Shown here piece by piece: positions 1 through 9,277 of a DNA stretch of 64,000 nucleotides (its first letter is position 1; every line of letters begins with the position of its first letter). The DNA lies in assembly GCA_965208825.1 (NCBI GenBank), contig CBDBPP010000005.1, positions 1,038,718-1,102,717 on the forward strand, in the 5' to 3' direction. The translations under genes and the position numbers were made by a program. Under the pieces are notes generated by a model. That model was not told where the DNA came from and did not search any database. It was given only the letters and a program-made list of their open reading frames with translations. Origin of the DNA: Dehalococcoidia bacterium (GTDB taxonomy: Bacteria; Chloroflexota; Dehalococcoidia; Lucifugimonadales; UBA3495).

Positions 1-1264
1 GGGTGGCCTCCTCGTCGCCGTCACTCGCCGTCACGGTTACGGTGTAGCTTGCCTTGGTCTCCCGGTCCAGGGCGCCTTTGGTCTTGATCTGGCCCGTCCC
101 TTCGTCGATGTCAAAGGAGGCGCCGTCGCCGGTATCCAGTGAGTAAGAAACCACGTCGCCGTCATCCGGGTCGGTCGCTGTTACTGGGTCGCCGAAGTCC
201 ACGCCGGCCTCGGTGTTCTCGACCACATTCAGGTCCGTGGGCGCGCCCGTGTCGAAAACCGGCGGCTCGTTCACGTCGTTCACGGTGATGATGACGCCGA
301 TGCTGTCGTCCTCTGCCGAGTCGGAATTCCCCTCAATATCCTTCCCGTCGGTGACTGCCACGGCCACGTAATAGGTGTCCTTGGACTCGTGGTCCAGGGG
401 TCCGTCGGTCTCAATCTGACCGGTGGATGAGTCGATGTCAAAGTGCGACGCGTCGGTTCCGGTCAGCGAGTAAGTGAGAGTGTCGCCCTCGTCCGGGTCT
501 GAGGCTGTGACCGGGTCCCCGATGTTCTCGCCTGATTCAGTATTTTCATTGACGGAGTATTCGATAGTCTGGTTGCCAAATCGCGGTGCCTGGTTGACGA
601 AGACATCCTCTGTGGCACTCTCGTCAACGGCCAGGCACTTTCCGGTGTCATCACTGGTGTCGTCCGTGCCCTTATCGTCGTATATTGGCCCATTTGTCGT
701 ATCATTGCCCGCGATACGCACGGTATGTATCGTGTGGTCCACTATGTAGCCATATATGTTTTCGCCGGGCCGGTCTTCGAAACTGGTGTTGATCCCGACT
801 CGAATCTCACGGCCAGGCGTGATGCATTCATCGTCAGCGATGTTGTGGTTAGACAGTCGCACTTCAGTATTCGATCCGTAAAAAACAAACTTGATATTGC
901 GATCGGCTCCTACGTGGCCAGCTGCCGTATCGATGTGGTCATTATAAGTATCCCAAACATGTACTCCGCCCTCGATGCATACGAAATCTTTGCGGGAGGT
1001 TTCAGACGGCGGTCCCTTGTCGTTATAGCAATACTTTTCGTCGGCGGTCAGAGGCCTGCTCAGTTCAAGAGTAATCCTCAACGAGCCGCCCTCTTCGCCC
1101 ACGTCGGGTGTAATGCTCTTGATGCTGACCGTGGGCTTGCTGGAATGGTCCGCATGGGCTGTGCCCGGCGAGGAGAGGGACGAGGCGAACAGCACGCCAA
1201 GGAGAGTGATGAGCGCAGCGGTGAACACTGCCGCAGCGGAAATAGCAGGTGTCTGGCGGAACAT
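1..1264 (-). CDS. Secreted cadherin-repeat surface protein; the C-terminal part runs off the left window edge
   Basis: Absent from the ORF track because it has no stop inside the window. I checked every codon of the minus frame from 1264 down to 2 by hand and found no stop. ATG at 1264-1262 follows GGAGGGG. The N-terminus MFRQTPAISAAAVFTAALITLLGVLFASSLSSPGTAHA looks like a signal peptide. Downstream are repeated units of the form DPDxGDxxxYSLxGxDAxxFxIDxxTGQIxTxxxLDxExxxxYxVxVxAxDG and VNDVNEPPVF, typical of cadherin-like repeats. Confidence 0.75.
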   Translation of the reverse strand, partial: MFRQTPAISAAAVFTAALITLLGVLFASSLSSPGTAHADHSSKPTVSIKSITPDVGEEGGSLRITLELSRPLTADEKYCYNDKGPPSETSRKDFVCIEGGVHVWDTYNDHIDTAAGHVGADRNIKFVFYGSNTEVRLSNHNIADDECITPGREIRVGINTSFEDRPGENIYGYIVDHTIHTVRIAGNDTTNGPIYDDKGTDDTSDDTGKCLAVDESATEDVFVNQAPRFGNQTIEYSVNENTESGENIGDPVTASDPDEGDTLTYSLTGTDASHFDIDSSTGQIETDGPLDHESKDTYYVAVAVTDGKDIEGNSDSAEDDSIGVIITVNDVNEPPVFDTGAPTDLNVVENTEAGVDFGDPVTATDPDDGDVVSYSLDTGDGASFDIDEGTGQIKTKGALDRETKASYTVTVTASDGDEEAT

Positions 1265-1411
1265 GTCCCCTCCACACTCTCACGGCATCGGTACCGGCAG
1301 GCGCCGGTAAGTTGGCGCCCGCCTCCGCGGTCTGCAGGAGTCCACAGTGCGGGGCGGGAGCGAGCGAGTAGTACCCGCATACCGGTGGTTTTATTGGTTC
1401 ACGCGAAAAAC

Positions 1412-1427
1412 ATAACACCGGTGTTAT
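1412..1427. promoter_or_regulatory. Perfect 16-bp palindrome ATAACACCGGTGTTAT in a divergent intergenic region (candidate operator)
   Basis: Read directly from the sequence. It lies about 150 bp upstream of the minus-strand cadherin gene start and about 260 bp upstream of the epimerase start, in a locally AT-richer patch. No binding protein is identified. Confidence 0.3.
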
Positions 1428-1685
1428 TTCGATATGTTTACTCTTTATGTCCCAATTTTTGCAGTTCTCGGCCAAATCTGTGGACTCAAAGCTGATTTCC
1501 AGAGACTGAAGGCCCCGAAATTATTATGGTAACTGTTCGGAAAGCCTGGCCGTTGTACTCAATGTGGTACGCGGTTATGATGGTGACAGGGATCTCCGGC
1601 CACCCGCCGGAGGTCTTTCGTCGAAATTGATGCGGCATGGCCGAACGCGCCTATTGCTCCACTATTCGAATTCGGAGTGGGTCCA

Positions 1686-2642
1686 ATGGCATACCAACGA
1701 ACAGCGCTGGTCACCGGAGGCGCAGGCTTTATAGGCTCGCACCTGGTCGACCGGCTGGTCGATGAGAAATACCGGGTGGTAATCGTTGACGACCTCACCA
1801 GCGGGAAGCTGAAGAACCTGAACCACGATGCTTTTTTCCACCACGTCAGCATCACCCACCCGTCGTTGCTCGATGTCATGAACCGCGAGCAACCGAACAT
1901 CGTGTTTCACCTCGCGGCCCAGTCCAGCGTTTCCCGGTCAGTGAAAGACCCCATCATGGACAACGAGGTCAACGTGCTGGGTACCCTGCGCCTGCTGGAG
2001 GCGTGCCGCAGGGCCGGCGTCGAAAAGATCATCTACTCCTCCACCGGGGGTGCCTTGTACGGTGAACCGGAGATTGTGCCCTGTCCCGACGACGCCCCGG
2101 TCACCCCGGTCTCTCCCTATGGCATGTCGAAGTACATGGCGGAACAGTACCTGGATTTCTACGGCCGGCAATATCTCCTGAATTACACCACTCTACGCTA
2201 CGGCAACGTCTACGGTCCGAGACAGGACCCCCACGGTGAGGCCGGCGTGGTGGCCATATTCATCTCCGGCATGCTGCATGGACAGCGACCGCGCATTTTT
2301 GGGGACGGCAACCAGACCAGGGACTTCATCTCCGTAGAAGACGTGGTTGATGCGAACATGGCCGCCATCCATCGCGGCAATCGCAGGGCGCTGAACATCG
2401 GCACCGGCCAGCTGACCAGCGTCAATGAGCTGTATGGAATGCTGAGGGAAATAACCGGGTACCGGTGGGAAGCGGAACATGGCCCGGCCAGGGCCGGCGA
2501 CGTTTACCGCATCAGCCTCGACTGCTCCAGGGCTCAGCAGGAACTGGGGTGGGCCCCAAAGGTCGACTTGAGCGAGGGGCTGGTCCGCACCGTGGAGTAC
2601 CTGCGAGAGTCGGGGCAACTGGAGGGTATGCGGAGGGGATGA
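1686..2642 (+). CDS. NAD-dependent epimerase/dehydratase (extended SDR, UDP-glucose 4-epimerase-like)
   Basis: ATG at 1686 is preceded by GGAGTGGG. N-terminal Rossmann motif is VTGGAGFIGSHL and the catalytic YxxxK reads SPYGMSKYMAEQY. The track ORF 1677..2642 uses an upstream GTG. Confidence 0.8.
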   Translation: MAYQRTALVTGGAGFIGSHLVDRLVDEKYRVVIVDDLTSGKLKNLNHDAFFHHVSITHPSLLDVMNREQPNIVFHLAAQSSVSRSVKDPIMDNEVNVLGTLRLLEACRRAGVEKIIYSSTGGALYGEPEIVPCPDDAPVTPVSPYGMSKYMAEQYLDFYGRQYLLNYTTLRYGNVYGPRQDPHGEAGVVAIFISGMLHGQRPRIFGDGNQTRDFISVEDVVDANMAAIHRGNRRALNIGTGQLTSVNELYGMLREITGYRWEAEHGPARAGDVYRISLDCSRAQQELGWAPKVDLSEGLVRTVEYLRESGQLEGMRRG

Positions 2643-2726
2643 CCCGGACCGCCTGCCATTCAGGGAATCCATCAACCCCGGCGATCTTGTAAAATAGAAG
2701 GAACAACTTTAGGAAGGGGACCCCAG

Positions 2727-3656
2727 ATGACGACAACTCAGACGGACTACGACGTAATCATCCTCGGCGCAGGCGCTGCCGGTCTGTCCGCCGGTCTCTA
2801 TACCACCCGGGCGATGCTCAAGACCCTCATCGTCGAGCAGCTCGGCCCGGGCGGCCAGCTTCTCATTACCGACGAGATCGAGAACTACCCCGGCTTCCCC
2901 GAGGGTGTCAAGGGCCAGGAACTGGCCATGTGGATGGAACAGCAGACCTCCCGGTTCGGGGCCGAGATCGACTACGCCGAGGTCCAGGGTATCGAGAAGG
3001 CCGATGAACCGGTCAAGGTGGTCCACACTGACGACCGTACCCTCACCGCCAAGAGCCTGATCATCGCCACCGGCGGATCCCACAACAAGCTGGGCACGCC
3101 CGGCGAGGACGAGTTCGCAGGGCGCGGCGTTTCCTACTGCGCGGTATGCGACGGCAACTTCTTCCGGGGCCAGGACGTGGTGGTGGTCGGCGGTGGCGAC
3201 GCGGCCATGGACGAAGGGCACTACCTGACCGGGATCGTCAACTCGGTCACGTATATCCACCGGCGGGACGAGCTGCGCGCCACCAAGATCCTCCAGGACC
3301 GCGCCTTCAGCAATGACAAAGTCAAGTTCCTGTGGAGCCACGTGGTCGAGGAGTTCGTCGGCAACGAGGCCCTGGAAGCGGCGCGGGTCAAGAACCTCAA
3401 GACCGAGGAGGTCTACGATTACAATACCGCAGCCGCCTTCATCTACATCGGGTTCCATCCCAACACGGAGTACCTGAAGGGTCTGCTGGAGATGGACGCT
3501 CTGGGCCATGTCTACACCGACATCCACATGCGCACAGGCGTCCCCGGCATCTATGCCTGCGGTGACGCCCGAGCGGACTCCACCCGGCAGCTCGGCGCGG
3601 CGGTCGGCGACGGCATCACGGCGGCCCTGGCGGCCTATCACGACCTGCAGGAGTAG
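2727..3656 (+). CDS. trxB: Thioredoxin-disulfide reductase
   Basis: 309 aa. FAD motif is DVIILGAGAAGLSAG, the redox-active site is CAVCDG, and the NADPH motif is VVVGGGDAAMDEG. The SD AGGAAGGGGA lies upstream. Confidence 0.9.
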   Translation: MTTTQTDYDVIILGAGAAGLSAGLYTTRAMLKTLIVEQLGPGGQLLITDEIENYPGFPEGVKGQELAMWMEQQTSRFGAEIDYAEVQGIEKADEPVKVVHTDDRTLTAKSLIIATGGSHNKLGTPGEDEFAGRGVSYCAVCDGNFFRGQDVVVVGGGDAAMDEGHYLTGIVNSVTYIHRRDELRATKILQDRAFSNDKVKFLWSHVVEEFVGNEALEAARVKNLKTEEVYDYNTAAAFIYIGFHPNTEYLKGLLEMDALGHVYTDIHMRTGVPGIYACGDARADSTRQLGAAVGDGITAALAAYHDLQE

Positions 3657-3679
3657 GCCGCAATCCAGCCACTCCCTCC

Positions 3680-3708
3680 GACGGGGCCCGCCAGGCGCGG
3701 GCCCCGTC
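3680..3708. terminator. Bidirectional stem-loop between convergent trxB and the TauE-like gene
   Basis: GACGGGGCCCGC-caggc-GCGGGCCCCGTC forms a perfect 12-bp stem. There is no strong U-tract. Confidence 0.5.
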
Positions 3709-3721
3709 GCCTTCTGGCGTC

Positions 3722-4477
3722 CTAGGCCAACAGCTCCCGGGCCAGTAAAATCGACCCTCCCAGGACGACGACCGCGATCACCACGTACCGGAAGGCCCGT
3801 TCGTTGAGCCCGCGGACCAGCAGCCCCGCTACCAGGAATCCGACCAGCAGCACCGGTACCAGCATCCCGACCATGGTCAGAGTACCGACGCTATACAGTC
3901 CTGTGAAGGCGTAGAGAATCACTTGGGCTATGCCGGAGATCAGAAAGGTGGTTGCAAGAGTGGCCCGCACCGTCTGTGCCGGCCACCGCTGGGCGATGGC
4001 ATACACCCCCGCGATCAGACCGCCTATGGTGAAGGCGGTAACTGCAAGGGTCGTGATGAAACCGAAGCACAGCCCAGACCCGGGGAATGTTGCGTAGGGC
4101 AGACGGATCTCCCGCAGACTGAGCAGGCCGGTTACTATGATCACCGCACCGATGATGATGCGAATTGACCCGGGCTCCGTCAGGTTGAGCAACAGAACCC
4201 CCACGGGAGTGCCGGCCAGCCCCCCGATAATCAGTCCCTTGCTGCGCCGAAGGTCCAGGTGCCGCCATGAGGTGAGCAGTATCAGGCCGACCACGATCGT
4301 CGTGAGGGAGTTTATGATCACGATGGTCGTTTTCGCCTCGAGGAACAGCAGCATCGGCGGCGAGCCAACCAGCCCGAAACCGAATCCCACGGTCCCCAGC
4401 ACCACGCTGGCGGCGAAGGCGATAAGGAGGGCATAGACCAGTTCGCTAACGCCCGAGATCTCCGTACCCAGAAGCAT
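3722..4477 (-). CDS. TauE/SafE-family (sulfite/anion exporter-like) membrane protein
   Basis: 251 aa, almost entirely hydrophobic and Gly-rich helices with an internal repeat structure typical of the TauE/SafE family. Family assignment is by recognition, not search. Confidence 0.6.
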   Translation of the reverse strand: MLLGTEISGVSELVYALLIAFAASVVLGTVGFGFGLVGSPPMLLFLEAKTTIVIINSLTTIVVGLILLTSWRHLDLRRSKGLIIGGLAGTPVGVLLLNLTEPGSIRIIIGAVIIVTGLLSLREIRLPYATFPGSGLCFGFITTLAVTAFTIGGLIAGVYAIAQRWPAQTVRATLATTFLISGIAQVILYAFTGLYSVGTLTMVGMLVPVLLVGFLVAGLLVRGLNERAFRYVVIAVVVLGGSILLARELLA

Positions 4478-4540
4478 GATCAGGTCCCCGGGGCCAGGAC
4501 AGGCGTGAGGAGCCGGCGCCCTCGGGGTCCGATTGGCACG

Positions 4541-5563
4541 TTAGATACGGAAAGCGCCCGAAGCGGCGGCATGGCGCAGGGTCGCATCGACGCTGACGAC
4601 CGGTGGGCCGTCGCGACGGACTTCGATCTCCAGCGTATTGTCCGGGTTCACCGAAAATGCCCGCTCTCCATCCAGGGCCACGGTGGAATGGCGGCGCTCG
4701 ATGGCGACTCGCTGGCCGTCAGCGATGCGCTGCCAGGACTCGATGGAGACTACCGGGACTGATCCCGGAGCGATAGGAGCCCGGAGGTGCAACAGTCCGT
4801 CGGCCGGTTCGTGAGCGGTGCCGTCCTGCGAGAGCCCGCTGCCTGCGATACGGTAGTGCAGGCCGCCCTCGTCGGCCAGGGTGACTGCCTCCAGGCGGGC
4901 CCCAATGGAGGAGAGACCAATGGAGGCCGGCTCCGCGCGGGTGAGGAATACCTCGTAGATGGTGTTCATGTCCCAGATGGCCCGGGTGGCGACGAAACGC
5001 TCCTTGGACAGCGCCACGTCCACCAGGGCAATGTCGCGGTCCTCTCCGTCTATTATCACCGCGATCGTCTTGCTCCGCACGGCCGCCAGGTCCAGGGGAA
5101 CCGTGCCGGTGGCGACCAGGCCCGCGGCCATGCCTGCTGTCGTGCCCTCCACCATTACGGGAAAAACGTTGTTGGTGCCCGTGGATATTGCCACCAGCGG
5201 CAGGTCTCGGGAACCACTGGCCACGGCACGGTTGGTGCCGTCACCGCCCAGGGTGATGACGCAGCCGACGCCCTGGTCTGACATGGCCGCGGCGGCCCGG
5301 ACGGTGTCGCCCTCGTTGTAAAGAGCGGACATGCGCAGCAGTTCCACATCTAGGGAGAGGTTGGGGTCATCGGCGGCGCGTCGGACGAGATGAGAGCTGT
5401 CCGGCATGGCGAGAACGCGGTCCACGCCCACGGACTGCAGGCCCAGCATGGCCCGGCGGACAGTGTTCACCTTCTCCCAGTCGGGGACCACCCGGCCCTG
5501 GGCCACCAGTCGGCGGATATCCTTGCTCGCTGCCGGGTTGGCGATGATCCCTACTGCTGCCAA
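4541..5563 (-). CDS. ATP-NAD kinase / diacylglycerol-kinase-fold family protein (AcoX-like)
   Basis: 340 aa. The GGDGT motif appears as CVITLGGDGTNRAV, and the N-terminus AVGIIANPAASKD is typical of this family. Confidence 0.6.
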   Translation of the reverse strand: MAAVGIIANPAASKDIRRLVAQGRVVPDWEKVNTVRRAMLGLQSVGVDRVLAMPDSSHLVRRAADDPNLSLDVELLRMSALYNEGDTVRAAAAMSDQGVGCVITLGGDGTNRAVASGSRDLPLVAISTGTNNVFPVMVEGTTAGMAAGLVATGTVPLDLAAVRSKTIAVIIDGEDRDIALVDVALSKERFVATRAIWDMNTIYEVFLTRAEPASIGLSSIGARLEAVTLADEGGLHYRIAGSGLSQDGTAHEPADGLLHLRAPIAPGSVPVVSIESWQRIADGQRVAIERRHSTVALDGERAFSVNPDNTLEIEVRRDGPPVVSVDATLRHAAASGAFRI

Positions 5564-5717
5564 TAGCGCCCTCCTTGTGGTCCTGCGGAGATGGCGGCCG
5601 CAAGCGCCCGTTTGCCGCCCATTGTCAAGCAGGTCGCCCTCTTTTTCAACAAGGCGCCAACTAGCCCGTGGCCTGCCGCCGGGGCGGGAGGAGGCAGCTG
5701 CCGGTCCACCCGGCGCG

Positions 5718-6911
5718 TTACATGAAGTTGCGGGTGTGGAGGCTGGAAAGGGCCTCCGCCTGTTCCCCGGAGAATCCCACCCTGGCCAGGTTCCGGCGCC
5801 GGGCGGCGTCCATGTCCTGCATCAACTGCCTCACACGCCGGCTGCCCTGCCGCAGGTCGTTGTGCTCCCAGGAACCGGCGGCCATCAGCACCAGTGCGTC
5901 GTGCACCTCCTGGTTCAGCCCGGCGGTGTGGCGCAGGGCATCATGGCGCCGGTGCACCGACTGAGCTAGCCGGTCCAGCATACCGGGGTCGTGCCTGGCG
6001 GACTCCCGCAAATGTGCCACGCCGAAGGCCACGTGGCGGGCCTCGTCGTTGGCGGCCAGGCTAGTTACCCCGCGGGTGAGCGGGTCGGGCGCGTAACGCT
6101 CGAGGAAGCGGAGGAGCACCAGGAAGGTGCCCTCTCCCATCACCGACAGCAGGAAGGAGGCAATTGCGAAATCCGGCTCGTCCACCAGGGTCTTGAGGGA
6201 GGCCTGGCCTCCGATGGTGGACAGGCCCAGTCTTTCCCGTTTCAGCAGGCCGCGCCGGGTGAATACCTCGATGTGGCGGGCCTCGTCGGCGGCCTGGATG
6301 GCGAGTAACTGCATTACTTCCCGAAAATGTGGGTGGAGCTGTGCCACGAATCGGCTGGGCACCACCAGCGCAGCCGTCTCGTTTTCCACCAGGAAGGTCA
6401 TCAGCTGAACCACGGCGTCCTCGACCTCCGAGGGCAGCTCGAAAGGTTCCTCCCAGGGAAGGGCCGTATTCGGGTCCCACTGGGCGGAGACCGCACTGGC
6501 GTAGAGGCGAACAGCCTCGTCAGCCCACAGGGCGTGCTTGTCGGAGAGACGGAAGGCAAACTCCGGTGTGCCGAGCTCTACGGTAGCGCCCCGGGCGGCC
6601 AGCCCCCAGCGTTGGGGCGGCGATTCCAGCACCGCGCCGGGCTGCCGGGGATCGCCGCCCCCGGCCTGCTCCGCCCCGTCCCAGCGGCCCACGTCGGCAG
6701 TGCCCCGGGAAACGCGATAGTCTCCGGTGCCGTCGATTGGGGCGAACCGGTGCCCGGTGGACCGGCACCACACCTGCAGGTGTAGCCCCAGGTCGGCCGC
6801 TGAGCCGCGAATCTGGATTCCCTGGCCCGGGTTGAGGGAATTGAGGGCCCTTTTTACAAGGAGGTCGCCCCCCTCATCGAAAGGCAGAGAACCCAGGTCC
6901 AGGTTGATCAC
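5718..6911 (-). CDS. Fusion protein: N-terminal TusA/SirA-like domain without the usual Cys, plus a ferritin-like diiron (AurF-like) oxygenase domain
   Basis: Two ExxH motifs (QAADEARHIEVF, LAANDEARHVAFG) plus upstream Glu residues (VENETAAL, VMGEGTF) give the E..ExxH..E..ExxH diiron pattern. The N-terminus VINLDLGSLPFDEGGDLLVKRALNSLNPGQGIQIRGS resembles TusA but lacks the CP motif. I chose GTG 6911 because GTGA overlaps the upstream stop; the track uses ATG 7004, which overlaps the upstream gene by 97 nt. Confidence 0.6.
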   Translation of the reverse strand: MINLDLGSLPFDEGGDLLVKRALNSLNPGQGIQIRGSAADLGLHLQVWCRSTGHRFAPIDGTGDYRVSRGTADVGRWDGAEQAGGGDPRQPGAVLESPPQRWGLAARGATVELGTPEFAFRLSDKHALWADEAVRLYASAVSAQWDPNTALPWEEPFELPSEVEDAVVQLMTFLVENETAALVVPSRFVAQLHPHFREVMQLLAIQAADEARHIEVFTRRGLLKRERLGLSTIGGQASLKTLVDEPDFAIASFLLSVMGEGTFLVLLRFLERYAPDPLTRGVTSLAANDEARHVAFGVAHLRESARHDPGMLDRLAQSVHRRHDALRHTAGLNQEVHDALVLMAAGSWEHNDLRQGSRRVRQLMQDMDAARRRNLARVGFSGEQAEALSSLHTRNFM

Positions 6912-7759
6912 TGGCCCAGGCCCTGGAGGAATGGCTCGATGGTGCCGAACCGGTCCACGGCGCGCTCCAGCTGAAGATAGCCCTCTGTCCTCCCGGGCAG
7001 CCACTGGGTCAGGCCCTCCAGGTCGAGCAGGGGACGCACCTGCGGGTCCGAGTAAGACATGCCCAGCAGCAGCTCTCGGAACACCGCGATGGAGTCGGCG
7101 GGGGCGCCGTCGAGGATCGTGAAATTGCAGTGGTCATACGGCTCGGTGCGGGAGATTACACGGGCCGATCCGGGTGGCAGTGTCCCCTCCTGGGAGAACG
7201 CCAGGTAATTGCCGTCGATGATGCAGGCGGCGTCCACCTCCCTGCGTAGCAGGGCCTGGACGGCTTCCCGCTCCCCTCCTATGTGGTCGCCGTGCTTGCC
7301 GACCAGTAGGTCAAAGGCGACTGCGTTCATGGTGTCGTTATCCCGCAGCCCGGCCTCCGCCAGGTGATTTAGCGGAATGAGGTTCGCCTGCGGGGAGTCC
7401 TGGGCCCCCAGGCCGACGCGCTTGCCCGCCAGGTCCTCCAGCGTCGTTATGCCGGAATCCTCGCGAACGATGATCACGGAGGTCAGGTCGCGGTCGGTGT
7501 CCCGCATGCAGATGGCCTCGGCGTTTCGGCCCAGTTTTTTCGCTCCCGCTTTTGCCTGGAGCCAGGCCAGCGGGGAGTTCCACGCTACGTGGATGTGCCC
7601 GGCCAGGTGGGACTCCACCTGGCGCTCGTAGTTGGAGTAGAGGACATAATCGAAGTCCAGGCCCCGTTCTATGAAGTACTCCCGAAACCCTTCCCAGATG
7701 GTGACCACCTTGGCATCGTAGGCTACGGCGCCCATAAGTAACGTTCCGTTGTCGCTCAT
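6908..7759 (-). CDS. Cytoplasmic PhnD/SsuA-type periplasmic-binding-protein-fold protein with no signal peptide
   Basis: MSDNGTLLMGAVAYDAKV starts directly in a beta-strand. LEDLAGKRVGLGAQDSPQANLIPLNHLAEAGL resembles the PhnD-like motif. ATG 7759 overlaps the upstream TGA stop (ATGA). Confidence 0.55.
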   Translation of the reverse strand: MSDNGTLLMGAVAYDAKVVTIWEGFREYFIERGLDFDYVLYSNYERQVESHLAGHIHVAWNSPLAWLQAKAGAKKLGRNAEAICMRDTDRDLTSVIIVREDSGITTLEDLAGKRVGLGAQDSPQANLIPLNHLAEAGLRDNDTMNAVAFDLLVGKHGDHIGGEREAVQALLRREVDAACIIDGNYLAFSQEGTLPPGSARVISRTEPYDHCNFTILDGAPADSIAVFRELLLGMSYSDPQVRPLLDLEGLTQWLPGRTEGYLQLERAVDRFGTIEPFLQGLGQ

Positions 7760-8889
7760 GAAAACAGCTCCATGCCGCAAACGGCCTTGCCGATGAAATC
7801 GAGCAGCGTGTCAGTGGTGGGGGCCATGATTCCTGCGGCCCTGGCGTCGCGGAAGTAGCGTTCCACGCCCACTTCCTTGCGGAAGGCGGCGCCCCCGCAC
7901 ACGCGCATCCCCATGTCGAGCACCTGGGTGGAAAGCTCCCCGGCCGCGGTCTTGCACTCCAGCACGCGGAGTACCGCGTCCTCTCTGCCCTGTTCCAGCG
8001 CATCGACGGTGTCCAGCAGCAGAACGTGGGCCGAGTCGGTGAGTACTTTCATGCGGGCGATATAGGCCCGGGTGGTCGCGGAATCGGCCAGAGTCTGCCC
8101 GATTTGTTCGTAGCGGGTCTCCGCCGCGTGGGCTGCCGTGCGGGTCACCGCCGCCTGCATCAGGCCAATGGAGCAGGCCGCGCTGCAGACGGAAAACATT
8201 GGCAGCACGATTCCCAGCATCGCGTCAAACCCGCCGCCATCCTCGCCAAGCATGGCAGCGGGGCTTACCTCCACGTTGGTAGCTGCTACGGGGGATGAGT
8301 CGTTACCCCTGAGACCCAGGCCGTTGAAGGCGCCCTGGATCGCCAGTCCCTCGGAGCCGGCGGGCACCAGCCAGAGAGTTGACAGCCCATCGGCCTCCAC
8401 CGGACGGGAGGACCACACGTAGCCGGCAGCGTGGTTCGCCGAGGTTATCCAGCTCTTCTGGGCATTCAGGACAATGGAACCGTTCTCCCTGTCGGCGCTG
8501 CTGGTCGGCGCCCAGAACTGGCTGCGCGAGGTCGACTCGCTGAATGCCAGGGTGCTGAGATGGTCACCGGTCGCGGCCGCACGGCGTATGTCCCCGGTGG
8601 CGAATGTTTCCAGCACCGCCGTGCCCGAGAAGTGCATCGTGGTCACCATGGCGGTGGAGCCGCAGTCCCTGGCGATTCGCTCCACGATGGTGGCGGCGCC
8701 CCGGTGACCGAGGCCAAGGCCGCCCACTTCAGGGGAACTGACAGCGCCGAGCAGGCCCGAATCCCTCAGGGCGTCGATGGCGCCTCCGGGAAAGGATCCA
8801 TCCTGGTCGACCCCTGCCGCGTGAGGGGCAACGGAGGCCGAGCAGACCTGCTCGAGGACCTCGAGGTAGTTGTCCGAATTCGTGCTCAT
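7756..8889 (-). CDS. Acyl-CoA dehydrogenase-family flavoprotein
   Basis: 377 aa with ACAD-like N-terminal, middle and C-terminal architecture (FPGGAIDALRDSGLLG..., ...ERYFRDARAAGIMAPTTD). AGGAGG lies 5 nt upstream of the ATG. Confidence 0.75.
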   Translation of the reverse strand: MSTNSDNYLEVLEQVCSASVAPHAAGVDQDGSFPGGAIDALRDSGLLGAVSSPEVGGLGLGHRGAATIVERIARDCGSTAMVTTMHFSGTAVLETFATGDIRRAAATGDHLSTLAFSESTSRSQFWAPTSSADRENGSIVLNAQKSWITSANHAAGYVWSSRPVEADGLSTLWLVPAGSEGLAIQGAFNGLGLRGNDSSPVAATNVEVSPAAMLGEDGGGFDAMLGIVLPMFSVCSAACSIGLMQAAVTRTAAHAAETRYEQIGQTLADSATTRAYIARMKVLTDSAHVLLLDTVDALEQGREDAVLRVLECKTAAGELSTQVLDMGMRVCGGAAFRKEVGVERYFRDARAAGIMAPTTDTLLDFIGKAVCGMELFS

Positions 8890-9200
8890 TCATCCTCCTG
8901 TTTATTCGGCAGGCGCCGGTCACAGGAGGAGGCAGAGGGCGCTAATCTCCCGCAGTGGCCGACGCATACCCCAGCCCGGACCCGCCGGGCCGGGTGCTGA
9001 TTCAGCGACGGCTCATGGTTGCACTTCCAATAACGATTAGCACGGCCACATCTTATCACGGGAGCTTAAGGAGGCCAACACAATGTAACCGGCGCAAAAC
9101 GCCGGTGGGTGTACAACCCTTCGGGGCAGTCCGTGAGGCTGTCATGCCCTGCCGGGCAACCAACCCGCCAGCCCCGCAGATGAGAACATACAGACAGGCC

Positions 9201-9226
9201 AAGGGGCGGTCCACAGCCCGCCCCTT
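9201..9226. terminator. GC-rich stem-loop downstream of the NIPSNAP gene
   Basis: AAGGGGCGG-tccacagc-CCGCCCCTT forms a 9-bp stem. It belongs to the GGGGCGG/CCGCCCC hairpin family seen elsewhere in the window. Confidence 0.35.
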
Positions 9227-9277
9227 GTTTCCGGAACTAGATGGAAGGGACCCTAGCCCCGCCGTGATCCTGCCGGG

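Noticed and set aside
2709-3641. Long antisense ORFs opposite real genes, for example 2709..3641, 24783..25715, 29008..30201, 35839..37200, 55481..57073 and 60716..62491
   Set aside because: These are typical stop-poor shadow frames in GC-rich DNA. Their translations are Arg/Gly/Pro/His-rich without motifs, while the opposite strand encodes proteins with clear family signatures.
9067-9088. A perfect SD (TAAGGAGG) followed 8 nt later by ATG-TAA, a minimal start-stop ORF, and then by a CCGGCG-caaaa-CGCCGG hairpin
   Set aside because: It is eye-catching, but no plus-strand gene lies downstream for it to regulate, since the neighbouring genes are on the minus strand. A single occurrence could be chance.
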